A stretch of DNA of 64,000 nucleotides, from assembly GCA_963813025.1 (NCBI GenBank), contig CAWEXO010000014.1, forward strand, positions 320,001 to 384,000. The letters run 5' to 3'. The DNA is from an uncultured Verrucomicrobiae bacterium (GTDB lineage Bacteria > Verrucomicrobiota > Verrucomicrobiia > Chthoniobacterales > JAFAMB01). Below the pieces are notes generated by a model, which had not been told where the DNA came from, made no database searches, and was given only the letters and a program-made list of their open reading frames with translations. Shown piece after piece: positions 51,712 to 64,000 of this stretch. Each line of letters opens with the position of its first letter. The first letter of the stretch is position 1. The position numbers and the translations under genes are program-made.

Positions 51712-52435
51712 TCAGTGCTCCTACGGGTTCTGGACAGAGGCCTGTTGTTGGTTTCGGGAAGTCTCGGATTGCGTTGATTGCTTATCCAGGCCACGACATC
51801 AGTCACCTCCTCGGGGACATGGGTTTCCCCGGAGTATGGCGTTCGGAAATCGGGCATTCCGAACTCTGGGCGGCCAACAATAATGACACTGCGAAGATAT
51901 TGATCCGAAACCAGATGCAGATAGTCCGAATTCAGAATCGATCCGGCCGAGCCTCCCTTGCCTTCGGCGCCGTGACACTTCTCGCAATAATTATTATAGG
52001 CGGTGCGCCGCGCTTGGCTTCTCCTCCGGGGCGTTATAGGGTGGCAAACTGGGATCGACTTTGCCCGGTCCCCACCGATAGATCCCATCGACCATGATAT
52101 CGATTTGCTCCTTAGTCAGGTCTCGCCTATTCCCGGGGTTAAACTTAGGCATCAGTGTCCCGGGAACACCCGATCATGATGATTTGGTGCAGAGTGTCTC
52201 GAGGAATAATTGAAAGATAGAGTGGATTATTCATCGAAAGCGAAGCTCCAAAGGTCTTGCCGTCGCTGTGGCATCCGAGACAATTCGCTTCATAGAGGGA
52301 CGCGAAATCCCGGTCTCCGTTGACGGTTGCCAGACGTCGCTTTTTTTTGGTCTACCTGGCATCCAATCGCAGCCGTTAAACGACAGCGCCAAAGCCCGCC
52401 GCCGGCCAACGCTCCTATAAGACAAAAAAGTCCAT
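51712..52435 (-). CDS. Diheme cytochrome c (frameshifted)
   Basis: CLGCH and CEKCH in different frames; limits approximate. Confidence 0.7.
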
Positions 52436-53276
52436 CAGCTCTTTTCCTCGCCTTCCATCGCCTCGACACCCATGCGGGCGGCGAGCGACCAGCTCCGCAT
52501 CGTCTCGACCTTTTGCGATTTATAGACGACATAACCTCCGACTACGCCGAAAGAAATCTGACACAGACAAACCAGAGCCAATCCACCCTGCAGCCAGGGC
52601 TGGATTGATAACATAGAAGACCGGGTAAATCAGGGCGGTCCAGAACAACGGCGTAACAATCCCTCCCCAAAACCATTCGTAGCGCGCGGGTAACATCGGT
52701 AGCAGGACGGTGTAAGTAACCCGATCAGGATGGAGAGCGCTCCATGACTGATCAGCGCAACAACCAGACCCATAGCATTGAACTGTTGCAAAGTGTCCAG
52801 ATTTGCTAGCCGAGCGAGGGCACACCGGCCGCCGCCATCAGGTTAATCGGGTACCAGATGCTGTGCTTCGCGACCAGGCCGTAGAGCAGAGCCATCGCCG
52901 CCATCGTCGAGGCCGCCCGCCACTCCGCCCAGAAAGCCTGAATGATAAGCGATGGGTTTTTACGGGGTAGAACGACCGATGGCCGCCTTGCCCGATAGCC
53001 AGGCGATGGATATCGCGCTTCGACATCTTGATCGGGGCAGCCCGTTTTTCTGGGGCCACCAGAGGGACGAGTTCGTGTCGGGGTACTGGAAAGACACTGC
53101 GAAACCAGCCCACAGCCCCGGTCGCCGCGAGGACTAGTCCGACCAAACTCACGAAAAGGCTGGTGACAAGTCCGAATGCGATCAGCGTGAGCCCAGCTGC
53201 GGCGATTATGGCCAAGTGGTCGGCTCCGGCAAGTCCACCCGCTGCTGCCCTCGTGGGGATGGTGATTCGCGCTCAT
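52435..53276 (-). CDS. Membrane protein of the oxidase cluster (frameshifted)
   Basis: Hydrophobic fragments in three frames, e.g. SIWYPINL and WGGIVTPLFWT. Confidence 0.55.
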
Positions 53277-53874
53277 GGGTCATGAATAGGCTGAGATAAT
53301 ATAGACAACCGTTACCACTACGGCCCAAACCGCGTCGACGAAATGCCAGTACCAGGAGACCATCTCAATGTGTTCGTGGTGCCGATCCTGAATGTGGCCG
53401 CGCATACTGGCGATGAGAACGAGGGACAGCAGAATAAACCCAACCACACGTGGCTGGCGTGGAGCCCGACCAGAGAATAAAAAGTCGACCCGAACAGGTT
53501 GGTGCTGATCGTCAGATGGTCGTCATAAATCAGCTTGTGCCATTCGTATCCGGTGAAAATCAAAACCCGAGTCCTAGGAGCGCCGTGATTGCCCACCAGA
53601 GATGAAACCCGGTTTTTTTGCCCTTCTTAAGAAAGCGTTCGGCCATCACAATCGTTCCACTGCTGGAAAAAAGCAGAATGGTGCCGAGCCAGGGAAACTC
53701 CAGGACCTGGTGAGGATAAGGCGGATTGAGACTTTTCCCAATGTAGAAGAGGTAAGCGACGACAAAGATCGAAAACAGGGCGGATTCTGTGCCGATGAGT
53801 AGGATAACACCTACCTTACGAGGCGAGGGGAGCTGCCATTCGGAGTCGGGTGCTAAAAGGATTTGAGTGCTCAT
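53273..53874 (-). CDS. Cytochrome c oxidase subunit III (frameshifted)
   Basis: ESALF..F..AYLFY, T.LL.SS, FGSTFYSLVGLHASHV; end approximate. Confidence 0.82.
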
Positions 53875-53884
53875 GAGCAGCCGG

Positions 53885-55583
53885 TTATTCGAATTTCCAA
53901 TCAGGATCTTCGGGATGTTTCAGGTCCCACAACGGCCGTCGGCTCTTCACCTCGGGCAGCCGCTCAAAATTGTATTCCGGCGGAGGTGAAGTGGTGGCCC
54001 ATTCCAGGGTCCAAGCGTCCCATGGATCTTCGCCGGCCGGTTTGCCTTTCCAGTATGACCAGAACAGATTGATCACAAAGATCAGTGCCGCCACGCCTTG
54101 GACCACGGCGCCTATCGTGGCAATCAGGTTCCAGATTTCCCAGCCCCGTCCCGCTTGATAAGTGTAGATGCGGCGCGGCATTCCGAGGATCCCGCTGATG
54201 TGCAGCGGATCGAACGTCAGGTGAAATCCAAGAGTGAAGAGCCAGAAATGCCAAAGACCAAGACGCTTATTCATCATCCGGCCAAACGCTTTCGGATACC
54301 AGTAATAGGTCGCGGCGAAAATCGCGAAAACAATGCCGCCGACGAATGACGTAGTGGAAATGGGCAATTACAAAATAGGAGTCGTTGAGCTGCCAATCGA
54401 AGGGAGCGACTCCGAGCATCACCCCGGTCAAACCGGCGATCAGGAACTGGAATAGGAATCCGATGCAGAAAAGCATCGGGAGCTCAAAGCGCAGACGGCC
54501 GCCGAACATGGTCCCTAGCCAATTGAAAATCTTGATACCGGTCGGGATCGCAACCATGAGGCTGGCAAAGGCGAAAAAGGTTATACTGACGAATTCATAC
54601 CGACCGTGAACATATGATGTGCCCACACCGCCGAGCTGATAAATCCAATCAGAACAGCGGCGGCAACCATCATCGGGTAACCAAAGATTGGTTTGCGGGA
54701 AAACACCGGGACAATCTCGGAGACTGCTCCGAAAGCCGGCATCACCAGAATATAGACTTCCGGATGACCGAAGATCCAAAAGAAATGTTGCCAAAGAATC
54801 GGGGATCCACCCGCTTGAGCATCGAAGAATTTCGCGCCGAGAAAACGCTGCAGGCACAACATGATCTGGGCAGCGGAAAGCGCTGGCAGAAAAAGCACGA
54901 CCAGGAACATCGTTACCAGGGCCAGCCAGATAAACAGCGGCATGCGATAGAGCGTCATGCCTTTGCAACGATAACAGATGATCGTGACCATGATGTTAAG
55001 CGCGCCGGTCACGCTGCCAATGCCGCTGATTAGCAGCGACAGCGACCAGTAGTCGGTGCTTGGCCCGGGCGAAAAGGCGCGGGAAGTCAGCGGAGCCAAC
55101 GCAAACCAGGCGACTTGAGGGGGTCCGCCAGCGCCATAGAGTCCGGGGGCAGCGACAAAGCTCAGGAAAAGCAGTACACCGCCGAAAAGCGTCATCCAGA
55201 AAGAAAACGCGTTCAGCCGCGGGAACGCCATGTCCCGCGCGCCGATCTGCAATGGGACCACATAGTTGATCAGCCCAAAGATCATCGGCATCGCGACGAA
55301 AAAGATCATTACGGTGCCGTGCATCGTGATCAGTCCGTTGTAGGTGCCGGGGGGAACTAGATGAAGATTCGACCAGCCGAGTTGCAATCGAATCGTCATG
55401 GCCATGACCCCGGCGACCACAAAAAAGAACCAGGCCGTGCCAAGATACATCAGCCCAAGCTTCTTATGATCCACCGTAAAGACCAGATCCTGAATCCAGG
55501 CAGTCGGTGTACCTGTCTCCTGACCGGGTCTTGTACGGAGCTTGTTCTGTCCCGATCTCAGTAACTAAAGTTCCGTTCGCCAT
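53885..55583 (-). CDS. ctaD: Cytochrome c oxidase subunit I, A-type (frameshifted)
   Basis: DHKKLG, TMHG, DMAFPRLN, FGHPEVY, VWAHHMF, AHFHYV, GMPRR. Confidence 0.9.
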
Positions 55584-55586
55584 AGA

Positions 55587-56704
55587 TCATTTCAAGGTAC
55601 GCAGGTAGGCGAGTATCTGGTCGACCTGCTGCGGTTTGAGTCTCATATTGGGCATCAGGCAGCCCGGTTTGAGGGTTTGCGGGTCTTTCAACCAAGTGCG
55701 CAGATGCTCTTCATCGTTCGGGGCCACGCCGGCACCGAGCGTCTCCCGGCTCATAAAATGCGTCAGGTCAGGACCAAAAATGCCGGGCGGAGGCAAACCC
55801 GCTACCCGGTGACAAGTGCCGCAAGTGTTGTCGAGAAATTGCTTTTTGCCTTTCTCCACTGCCGGATCGTTCGCTGGTGGTTTCTGCTGATTTTCCAGCC
55901 ATCGAATGTAATCTGCCGGCTCTGGACCACCACGCGAATGAGCATGTTGGCGTGTTGATCCCCACACAGAACAGTACAGTTACCCAGGTAAATTCCGGAC
56001 TTGAAGGGTTTGATCCAGAGCTCGTTCCGATAATTGGGCATCAGCCAGATTTTCCATTCAACTGAGCAACCCAGAACCCGTGAGCCACATCGGCCGACTC
56101 AAGCACGAAATCGGTGGCAATCGGCTTCTCCCGGGCTGTTGAGCGGGAATGGATTTCATTGGCCGTGATGATGTGATAGCGCGGATATTCTACTTCCCAC
56201 CAAAAACGATGCCCAACGACTCGGATCACTTCGTTATTGGCCGGAGGCCGCGGAATTACGAATTTCGCCGATCGTCCGTGCCGTCACCAGAACCAGCACA
56301 ACCACAATCAGGATGGGTGGCACTGTCCAGGCCAACTCAATAGCCGCGCTGCCATAGACCTGCGGGGGTTCTCTCTCGTCGTCTTCGGATCCACGCCGCC
56401 GGTAGCGCACGATCGCGTAGGTCAACAGTCCAGCGACTATCAGAAAAATCCCGGCGCATACTATCAAGGTCAGCACCGAGACTCGATAAATGATCTGTGC
56501 CGGCTCGGAGAGTCGGGATCGAAAATGTTCTGGATCGAACGAAGTGGCGAGCTGTTCCTGACCGAAACAGTTTCGGGCCGATAAAAGTCCCGCGACGAAA
56601 ATGGTTGCCCGATAAACCAAAGGAACCCGCTTTGCCTTCCCGCGGCGGGATGGCTGCACGATTTCGCGAAAAGCGTCCTGAACTGGCGCCTCAGAAACCT
56701 TCAT
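55587..56704 (-). CDS. ctaC: Cytochrome c oxidase subunit II with cytochrome c domain (caa3-type, frameshifted)
   Basis: ELAWTVPP, GHRFWW, SADVAHGFW, CuA C..LCG.QHANM, CGTCH; start approximate. Confidence 0.85.
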
Positions 56705-56914
56705 TGGGTTTGCTTTGTCAAGTTCGTCAGCCGGCATCCGTAGGATATAACTATTAGTCCGGCTAATAGCTCTTCTTGGACGATTCGTCGCATCTTAGAC
56801 AGAAGAACCAAGGGTTTCGACAAGAATCTTCGAATCATTTGTTTGAGGCGCCGCGAAACGTCTTGGGCCTCGTCGCAGTTGCCCTTTAGCATCGGCGCCG
56901 TTAGCATGAGTTGA

Positions 56915-57811
56915 ATGTCCGGTCCGAAGATCGATCCATCGTTGCACCAGTCGACCAAGCCCGATTGGATAAAGGTCCGGTTGCCTTCGAATCCTGCTTT
57001 TTTCTCGACTAAAGCGCTGATCGCCGATCTGCGTCTCCACACGGTGTGCGAGTCTGCCCAGTGCCCCAATCGCTGGGAATGCTGGAGCCAAGGAACAGCC
57101 ACCTTCATGATTGCCGGGGATCGCTGCACGCGAGCTTGCGGTTTTTGTGCCGTCACTACGGCAAAGCCGTTTGCCCTGGAAAATGACGAACCCTATCGGG
57201 TCGCCGAAGCGGTCCGACGGATGCGCCTGAAGCATGTGGTGATTACCGCCGTGGCGCGGGATGACTTAGCCGACGGAGGAGCCGAGCATTTCGCCAGAAC
57301 GATCCAGGCGCTCCACAATCGCGATCCGGAGTTGGTCGTCGAAGTGCTGGTTCCGGACTTTCGGGGAAAAGAGGGATCTCTGCGGGCGGTGCTTGAGGCC
57401 CAGCCCGATATCTTTAACCACAATCTCGAAACGGTGGAGCGTTTGACACCGGCGGTTCGTTCTCGCGCAACGTACCGGCTATCGCTGCAAGTGTTGCGCC
57501 GGGCGCGTCAGATTGATCCATCAGTCGTCACCAAGAGTGGTATGATGCTTGGACTGGGAGAGACAGAAACAGAACTCTTTCAGGCGATGGATGATCTTCG
57601 GGAAGTTGAGGTGCAGGTGCTCACCCTCGGCCAGTATCTCCGGCCAACACCGAAGCATTTGCCGGTGGTCGAGTATGTGCGACCCGCCTCGTTTGCCCTT
57701 TATCGGGAAATTGCCGAACAGAAAGGGTTTTCGTACGTTGCTTCCGGCCCCTTGGTTCGCAGTTCCTATCATGCGGCCGACTTCAATCCGGGCCGTCGCA
57801 AGCGCGCTTGA
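56915..57811 (+). CDS. lipA: Lipoyl synthase
   Basis: CESAQCPNRWEC, CTRACGFC, RSSYHA. Confidence 0.97.
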   Translation: MSGPKIDPSLHQSTKPDWIKVRLPSNPAFFSTKALIADLRLHTVCESAQCPNRWECWSQGTATFMIAGDRCTRACGFCAVTTAKPFALENDEPYRVAEAVRRMRLKHVVITAVARDDLADGGAEHFARTIQALHNRDPELVVEVLVPDFRGKEGSLRAVLEAQPDIFNHNLETVERLTPAVRSRATYRLSLQVLRRARQIDPSVVTKSGMMLGLGETETELFQAMDDLREVEVQVLTLGQYLRPTPKHLPVVEYVRPASFALYREIAEQKGFSYVASGPLVRSSYHAADFNPGRRKRA

Positions 57812-57814
57812 GGA

Positions 57815-58570
57815 ATGACGGCTAACGCTATGGCATCAGTTCGCGATCTCACCTGCGCTATCATTCCAGCCTATCAGGAGGCGCAGTTTGTTGCCGAAGT
57901 GATTCGCAAAACCAGGAACGAGCTCGGCCGAGTGGTTTTGGTAGACGACGGCTCAACCGACGAAACTGCTCAGGTTGCGGCCGTAGCCGGTGCGGAAGTA
58001 TTGCGCCACTCGGTAAACCAAGGCAAAGGCGCCGCAATCAGAACCGGCTTGAAGCATCTGCTCAGCGAGTCTTTCGAATATTTCCTGCTTCTTGATGCCG
58101 ATGGACAGCATGATCCGGCCGAGATCCCGCGATTCTTGGCTGCTGGCGGGAACTTGAAGGCGGGGCTGATTATTGGCAATCGGTTTGCCGACTCCAAAGG
58201 AATGCCTTTCATCAGGCGATGGACCAACCGTTTCATGTCATGGCAAATCGGTCGGCATTGCGGTTTCCGGCTTCCCGACAGCCAGTGCGGATTTCGTTTG
58301 GCGGAACGACGTCTGGTGCGGTTACTCTTGAACGCGACCAGCGGGTTCGAGTTCGAAACGGAAATGATTTTCGTGGCAGCGCGCAACGGTTTTCGGATCG
58401 AATCGGTGCCTGTCCAGACAATTTATCGCTCCGAGCAGAGTAAGATCCGGCCGGTGAGGGATACGCTCAGGTACTTGAAGCTTCTGCGAAGATATCAGAG
58501 CAAGCCTGGATCCGGCCGCCCTGTGCGTTCGACCCCTCTCGTGGCGGATGAACGGAACAGCGACATTTAG
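57815..58570 (+). CDS. GT2 (DPM-synthase-like) glycosyltransferase
   Basis: IPAYQE, VDDGSTD, DADGQH, DSQCGFR. Confidence 0.9.
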   Translation: MTANAMASVRDLTCAIIPAYQEAQFVAEVIRKTRNELGRVVLVDDGSTDETAQVAAVAGAEVLRHSVNQGKGAAIRTGLKHLLSESFEYFLLLDADGQHDPAEIPRFLAAGGNLKAGLIIGNRFADSKGMPFIRRWTNRFMSWQIGRHCGFRLPDSQCGFRLAERRLVRLLLNATSGFEFETEMIFVAARNGFRIESVPVQTIYRSEQSKIRPVRDTLRYLKLLRRYQSKPGSGRPVRSTPLVADERNSDI

Positions 58571-58574
58571 GCGT

Positions 58575-58739
58575 TTTTGGAGTGCGCGCGACTTGTCGCC
58601 GCTTTGAGATCGCGCGAAGCGCGCTGTGAGCCAACGGCGTCCTCTCCGTCACGGAACTCGGCACTTCGTGGTTCTGTTCTCGGGCTAGGGCGCGCTCCGC
58701 TCGGTAAGAAAGCGGCGACAAGTCGCGCGCACTCCAAAA
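58575..58739. repeat. 31-bp perfect inverted repeat pair (REPIN-like)
   Basis: ttttggagtgcgcgcgacttgtcgccgcttt at 58575-58605 and its reverse complement at 58709-58739. Confidence 0.9.
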
Positions 58740-58764
58740 CGCTTCGGCCCGACCTGTCCGCACG

Positions 58765-59424
58765 CTAACGGCTCGCTGGACTCGGGCTTGAAGCGACCGG
58801 GGGGGAACTAAACTCCTTCTTGAGCTGCTCGACGATGACGACATTTCCGGCCTGGCGCTTCTCCTGAATTTCCCTGGCCAGCTGTTCTTCCAGTTTCCGG
58901 CGTTCCTGGAAGTAGTGTTTACGGAATAGTTGTCGCTGTTCTTCGTTCAGGTGGAGTCCTGATTTCTGGTATGCCTCGTTAGCCGACTTTTCTCTTTGCT
59001 CCTGATTGATACGCTGTTGCCGGCGTAAAGCTTCCCGCTCCTCTGGACTTAGGGTTTGCCAGCGATGCAGGTTTTGTAAAAATTTCTGAGGAGAGGCCTC
59101 CGCAGTGGAGGTCTGTTCCGCAGCGCTGGGCGAACGACGAGCGGTATCGGCCTTGGCTGTCGTTGGACCCTGCGGCGACGTAGTCGAGGCATTCCCATTT
59201 TCACTCGACCGGTGCTCCGACCGCGGTGAGGCCGCACTGGTCCCCGCGTTACCTGTTTGCTCCGCGGACCGGTGAATTGCTTCGCTTCTTGGGCTCGGGG
59301 AGGGGGTCGGCGAGACCACGGCTACTGGAGTCACCGGAGTTTGTGCCCAGCTCAGCCGCGCCACGGCCAGCAAGAGAACACTCAGCCCACAAAAATAACG
59401 TAAAAGCCGAAGCGACGAGCTCAT
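58765..59424 (-). CDS. Secreted helical hypothetical protein
   Basis: Signal peptide; RWQTLSPEERE motif (DUF3106-like). Confidence 0.6.
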   Translation of the reverse strand: MSSSLRLLRYFCGLSVLLLAVARLSWAQTPVTPVAVVSPTPSPSPRSEAIHRSAEQTGNAGTSAASPRSEHRSSENGNASTTSPQGPTTAKADTARRSPSAAEQTSTAEASPQKFLQNLHRWQTLSPEEREALRRQQRINQEQREKSANEAYQKSGLHLNEEQRQLFRKHYFQERRKLEEQLAREIQEKRQAGNVVIVEQLKKEFSSPPVASSPSPASR

Positions 59425-59432
59425 TGCGGGTT

Positions 59433-59484
59433 AAAAAGCCTGCATCTCCCGCAAATTGCTAAAGATTTGCGGGAGATGCAGGCT
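59433..59484 (-). terminator. Rho-independent terminator
   Basis: 20-bp perfect stem 59437-59456/59465-59484 followed by a T-run on the minus strand. Confidence 0.8.
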
Positions 59485-59836
59485 AGCGGGACGCCGAAGA
59501 CTCTAACCATACCGAGGATTCCTGCGAGGCGAGGTTATAGTCAAGATTCTCGATGACCTCGGTATCGGTTGGCTCGTTTTGAGCCATAATTGCCGGTGTC
59601 GAATCGGCCTTACGAACATGGCTATGCGGACTCGAGAAAAAGGTCAGAAAAACGGCCAGCGCTCCGGCGGCAGCTCCCGGCAACCCGAATCGAAACCAAT
59701 TGCGCCAAAATGTCCGGCGTTGCTCCTTCGCTTGCCGAACGGCCGCAACCACTTTGGCGGCAAAGAAAGGAGAAGGCTCCGAGTGTCTTGCCCGCCCGAG
59801 CAACGCCCACAAGTCGTCGTTTTCTGGATCCTTCAT
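59483..59836 (-). CDS. Single-TM anti-sigma-factor-like protein
   Basis: DDLWALL...EPSPFFAAKV followed by one TM segment. Confidence 0.55.
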   Translation of the reverse strand: MKDPENDDLWALLGRARHSEPSPFFAAKVVAAVRQAKEQRRTFWRNWFRFGLPGAAAGALAVFLTFFSSPHSHVRKADSTPAIMAQNEPTDTEVIENLDYNLASQESSVWLESSASR

Positions 59837-59871
59837 TGCGATAGGTTGAACCCGGCAACCCGTTCAAAGTT

Positions 59872-61718
<1,847 letters not shown>

Positions 61719-61763
61719 ACTGCAGACCGACTCAGGAGAATAACATAGGAGCGTCCGGGGAAA

Positions 61764-63585
61764 CTAAAGGTTTACTCTCGCTGGCTCGCTGCCCGGGATC
61801 AAAAGTCGCGAAATATCTTTGATCGCACATTCGAGGTCAAGCACTTCTTTGAGTTCACCGGCAGCCCGGGCTGAGGCAGCGGCATCATCAACCGAAAGCC
61901 GAATGACTCCTTCCAGGTTTTTTCGGCGCCGCTTGAGCTCGCGCAGGGCGAACTCGATCCAGAAAACCCGGCCAATCGAGGAACTGACCGGTTTTTCCAA
62001 GAGAATCTGAGAAAGAGCGGCCGCCTCCGGCTTTTCCAATCCGGCCAGGAATGTTGCCAGACTGCTCGGGCTGGTTGGATCAACCTCAGAACCAAGAATG
62101 CCTTTCAACAGCTTCGCACCGTCAACCTCGGCCAGAATGCTTGGCCATGGCTGTGCCCGGATCCAGCCGAGCGTCTCCGCATCATTAAACACGACGCGGC
62201 ACAGGAAAGCGATCTCGTGCCGGATCGCGGCGGCAGCAGACGCGACTGCCTCAGGCTTATCGGGAGAGCTTTTCAGCCTTTTCTTAGGCAACCGGATCGT
62301 CTGATCGATCGCTTCGCGCGGCAGCGCCAGACGGGTGGCCAAGCGGCTGATGATCGTGTCGCGCAAAACCACGTCAGGGACCATCCCGACGAATTCGGCC
62401 ATGGATCGCGCAAAAGCGACGCGCGCGCCCGTGCCGGCGGAATCCCCCGAAAGGTTGCGATCAGTCGACGAACTCGAAAAAGTCGCGAGCTCCTCGGACC
62501 AGCTCCTGGAAAGCCGCTGCGCCCGATTTCCGAATCATGGAGTCGGGGTCCTCTCCAGCTGGCAGCCGGCCAATCCGAATTTGCAAACCGGCCTGCAAAA
62601 GGATGGCAAACGCGCGTTCAGTTGCACGATCGCCCGCGTGGTCCGCATCGAAGACGAGAACCACCTCCTCGGCAAAGCGACGCAGGAGCGCGGCGTGTTT
62701 TTCGGTGACCGCCGTGCCTTGAGGAGCGACCACATTCTGGAATCCGGCTTCATAAGTCGTTATCAGATCGAGTTGGCCTTCCAGGATGATGGCGCTCCGC
62801 GCATTTGCGATTGCCCGCTTCGATTTTTCCAAGCCGAACAGCACAGTACCTTTCGAGAAAAGCGGAGTCTCGGGCGAGTTCAGATATTTGCCTTCGGTTG
62901 TGTTCTCCTTCAAGATGCGGCCGCTGAACGCGATGACTTCGCCAAGATCATTGCAGATGGGGAACATCAAGCGGTCACGGAACCGATCATACACGGCGTT
63001 TGTCTCCTGGTCCTTAGCCTTCGCCAGACCGCTCAGAAGCAGTTCCTGGTGCGAATAACCGCTACCCAAAGCCCAATCCGAGAACACGCGCCAGCCGTCA
63101 GGGGCATAGCCAAGCCGCCAGCGCTTCGCCGTCTCAATGTTGATGCCGCGCGACGCGAGATAACTCCGGGCGTGATCGGCTGCCCGCGTCCTGAGCAGGT
63201 GCCGGTGAAACCAATCGGCGGCTTCGGCGTGTAACTGCAACAAACGGCGGCGTTGTTTCTGACGATGTTCCTCGTCAGCGCTCAACACTTCTTCGAGCAC
63301 CGGTATCCCAGCGCGATTAGACAATCGCCGGACCGCCTCAACGAACTCCACGTGCTCATAGTCCATCACGAACTGAAAGACCGTTCCTCCGGCACCGCAC
63401 CCGAAGCAGTAATAGGATTGCTTGCTCGGCGAGACGTAGAAGGAGGGAGTCTTTTCCTGGTGAAACGGACAGAGCGCCCGGAACTCGCTTCCTGCCCGCT
63501 TGAGCGGAAAATAGGAGCTGATGACCTCAACGATATCGGACGCTGCCGCGACCTGTTCGATACTCTGAGGGGAAATGCGCGGCAT
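61764..63585 (-). CDS. dnaG: DNA primase (frameshifted in sequence)
   Basis: CPFHQEKTPSF..CFGC, DRFRDRLMFPI, KYLNSPET, FDAD.AG; break at ~62400-62460. Confidence 0.93.
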
Positions 63586-63657
63586 GAGATTTTTTTGGCT
63601 GATTGGACCCGACCGCATCTTTCTGCGCTGGAACGCAGCGACGGTCACAAGGCTGGA

Positions 63658-63858
63658 TCAGCCGCCGGCTACCATTTGGATCAGTTCTATGCGGTCACCC
63701 TCGCCGATGGCTGTTGTTTCCAGAACTTCGCGACTGAGCGGTTGGCCGTTCTGCTCGACTAGAACGGTGTTCCGCGGCAATCCGAGCCGATCCAAAAGGT
63801 CGCAAACTGCGGAGCCGTCCGGCATGCTCCGACTTTCTCCGTTTACCACGATGTTCAT
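63658..63858 (-). CDS. thiS: Sulfur carrier ThiS
   Basis: I.VNGE start, GDRIELIQMVAGG C-terminus. Confidence 0.92.
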   Translation of the reverse strand: MNIVVNGESRSMPDGSAVCDLLDRLGLPRNTVLVEQNGQPLSREVLETTAIGEGDRIELIQMVAGG

Positions 63859-64000
63859 GAAGTCAGAATAGAGGCTTCCCAGTCCTTCCAGACAGCTTCG
63901 AGGCCGTGCATGCGCAAGCTTTGGACAAGCTCCGCCGGAGAACGATCGTCGTCGATAGCAAACTGTGCTTCGGCGTGCTCCGCTGGATGACAGGAGGTTT
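63855..64000 (-). CDS. thiH: 2-iminoacetate synthase ThiH, C-terminal fragment
   Basis: QFAIDDDRSPAELVQSL..HGLEAVWKDW directly upstream of thiS. Confidence 0.75.
   Translation of the reverse strand, partial: TSCHPAEHAEAQFAIDDDRSPAELVQSLRMHGLEAVWKDWEASILTS

Overview
GC-rich bacterial chromosomal window, very probably Verrucomicrobia (it carries a perfect Verrucomicrobia-type LexA box TGTTC-N4-GAACA). It is mostly housekeeping genes: cfa, serS, smc, cdsA-dxr-rseP-ispG, mtnP, pyrR-pyrB-pyrC, apbC, cysK, imuA-imuB-dnaE2, a bc/caa3 respiratory cluster, lipA, dnaG-rpoD and thiH-thiS. The intergenic DNA is dense with repeats: GTAG-type REPs around a broken RAYT, nested REPs, two IS630-like MITEs, 9-bp tandem arrays, a 44-bp repeat that supplies gene ends, and an 18-bp 'ASPART' unit. 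Best-supported highlight: an IS621-like IS110 element (35620-36944) whose bridge-RNA guides can be read directly. Two guides match the right junction exactly, the other two match the left junction partly, and empty copies of the target repeat lie in the same window. Also present are a second IS110 with a differently structured non-coding leader and an unclassified putative transposase. Frameshifts in rpoD, dnaG, rseP and the respiratory cluster are probably sequencing indels.
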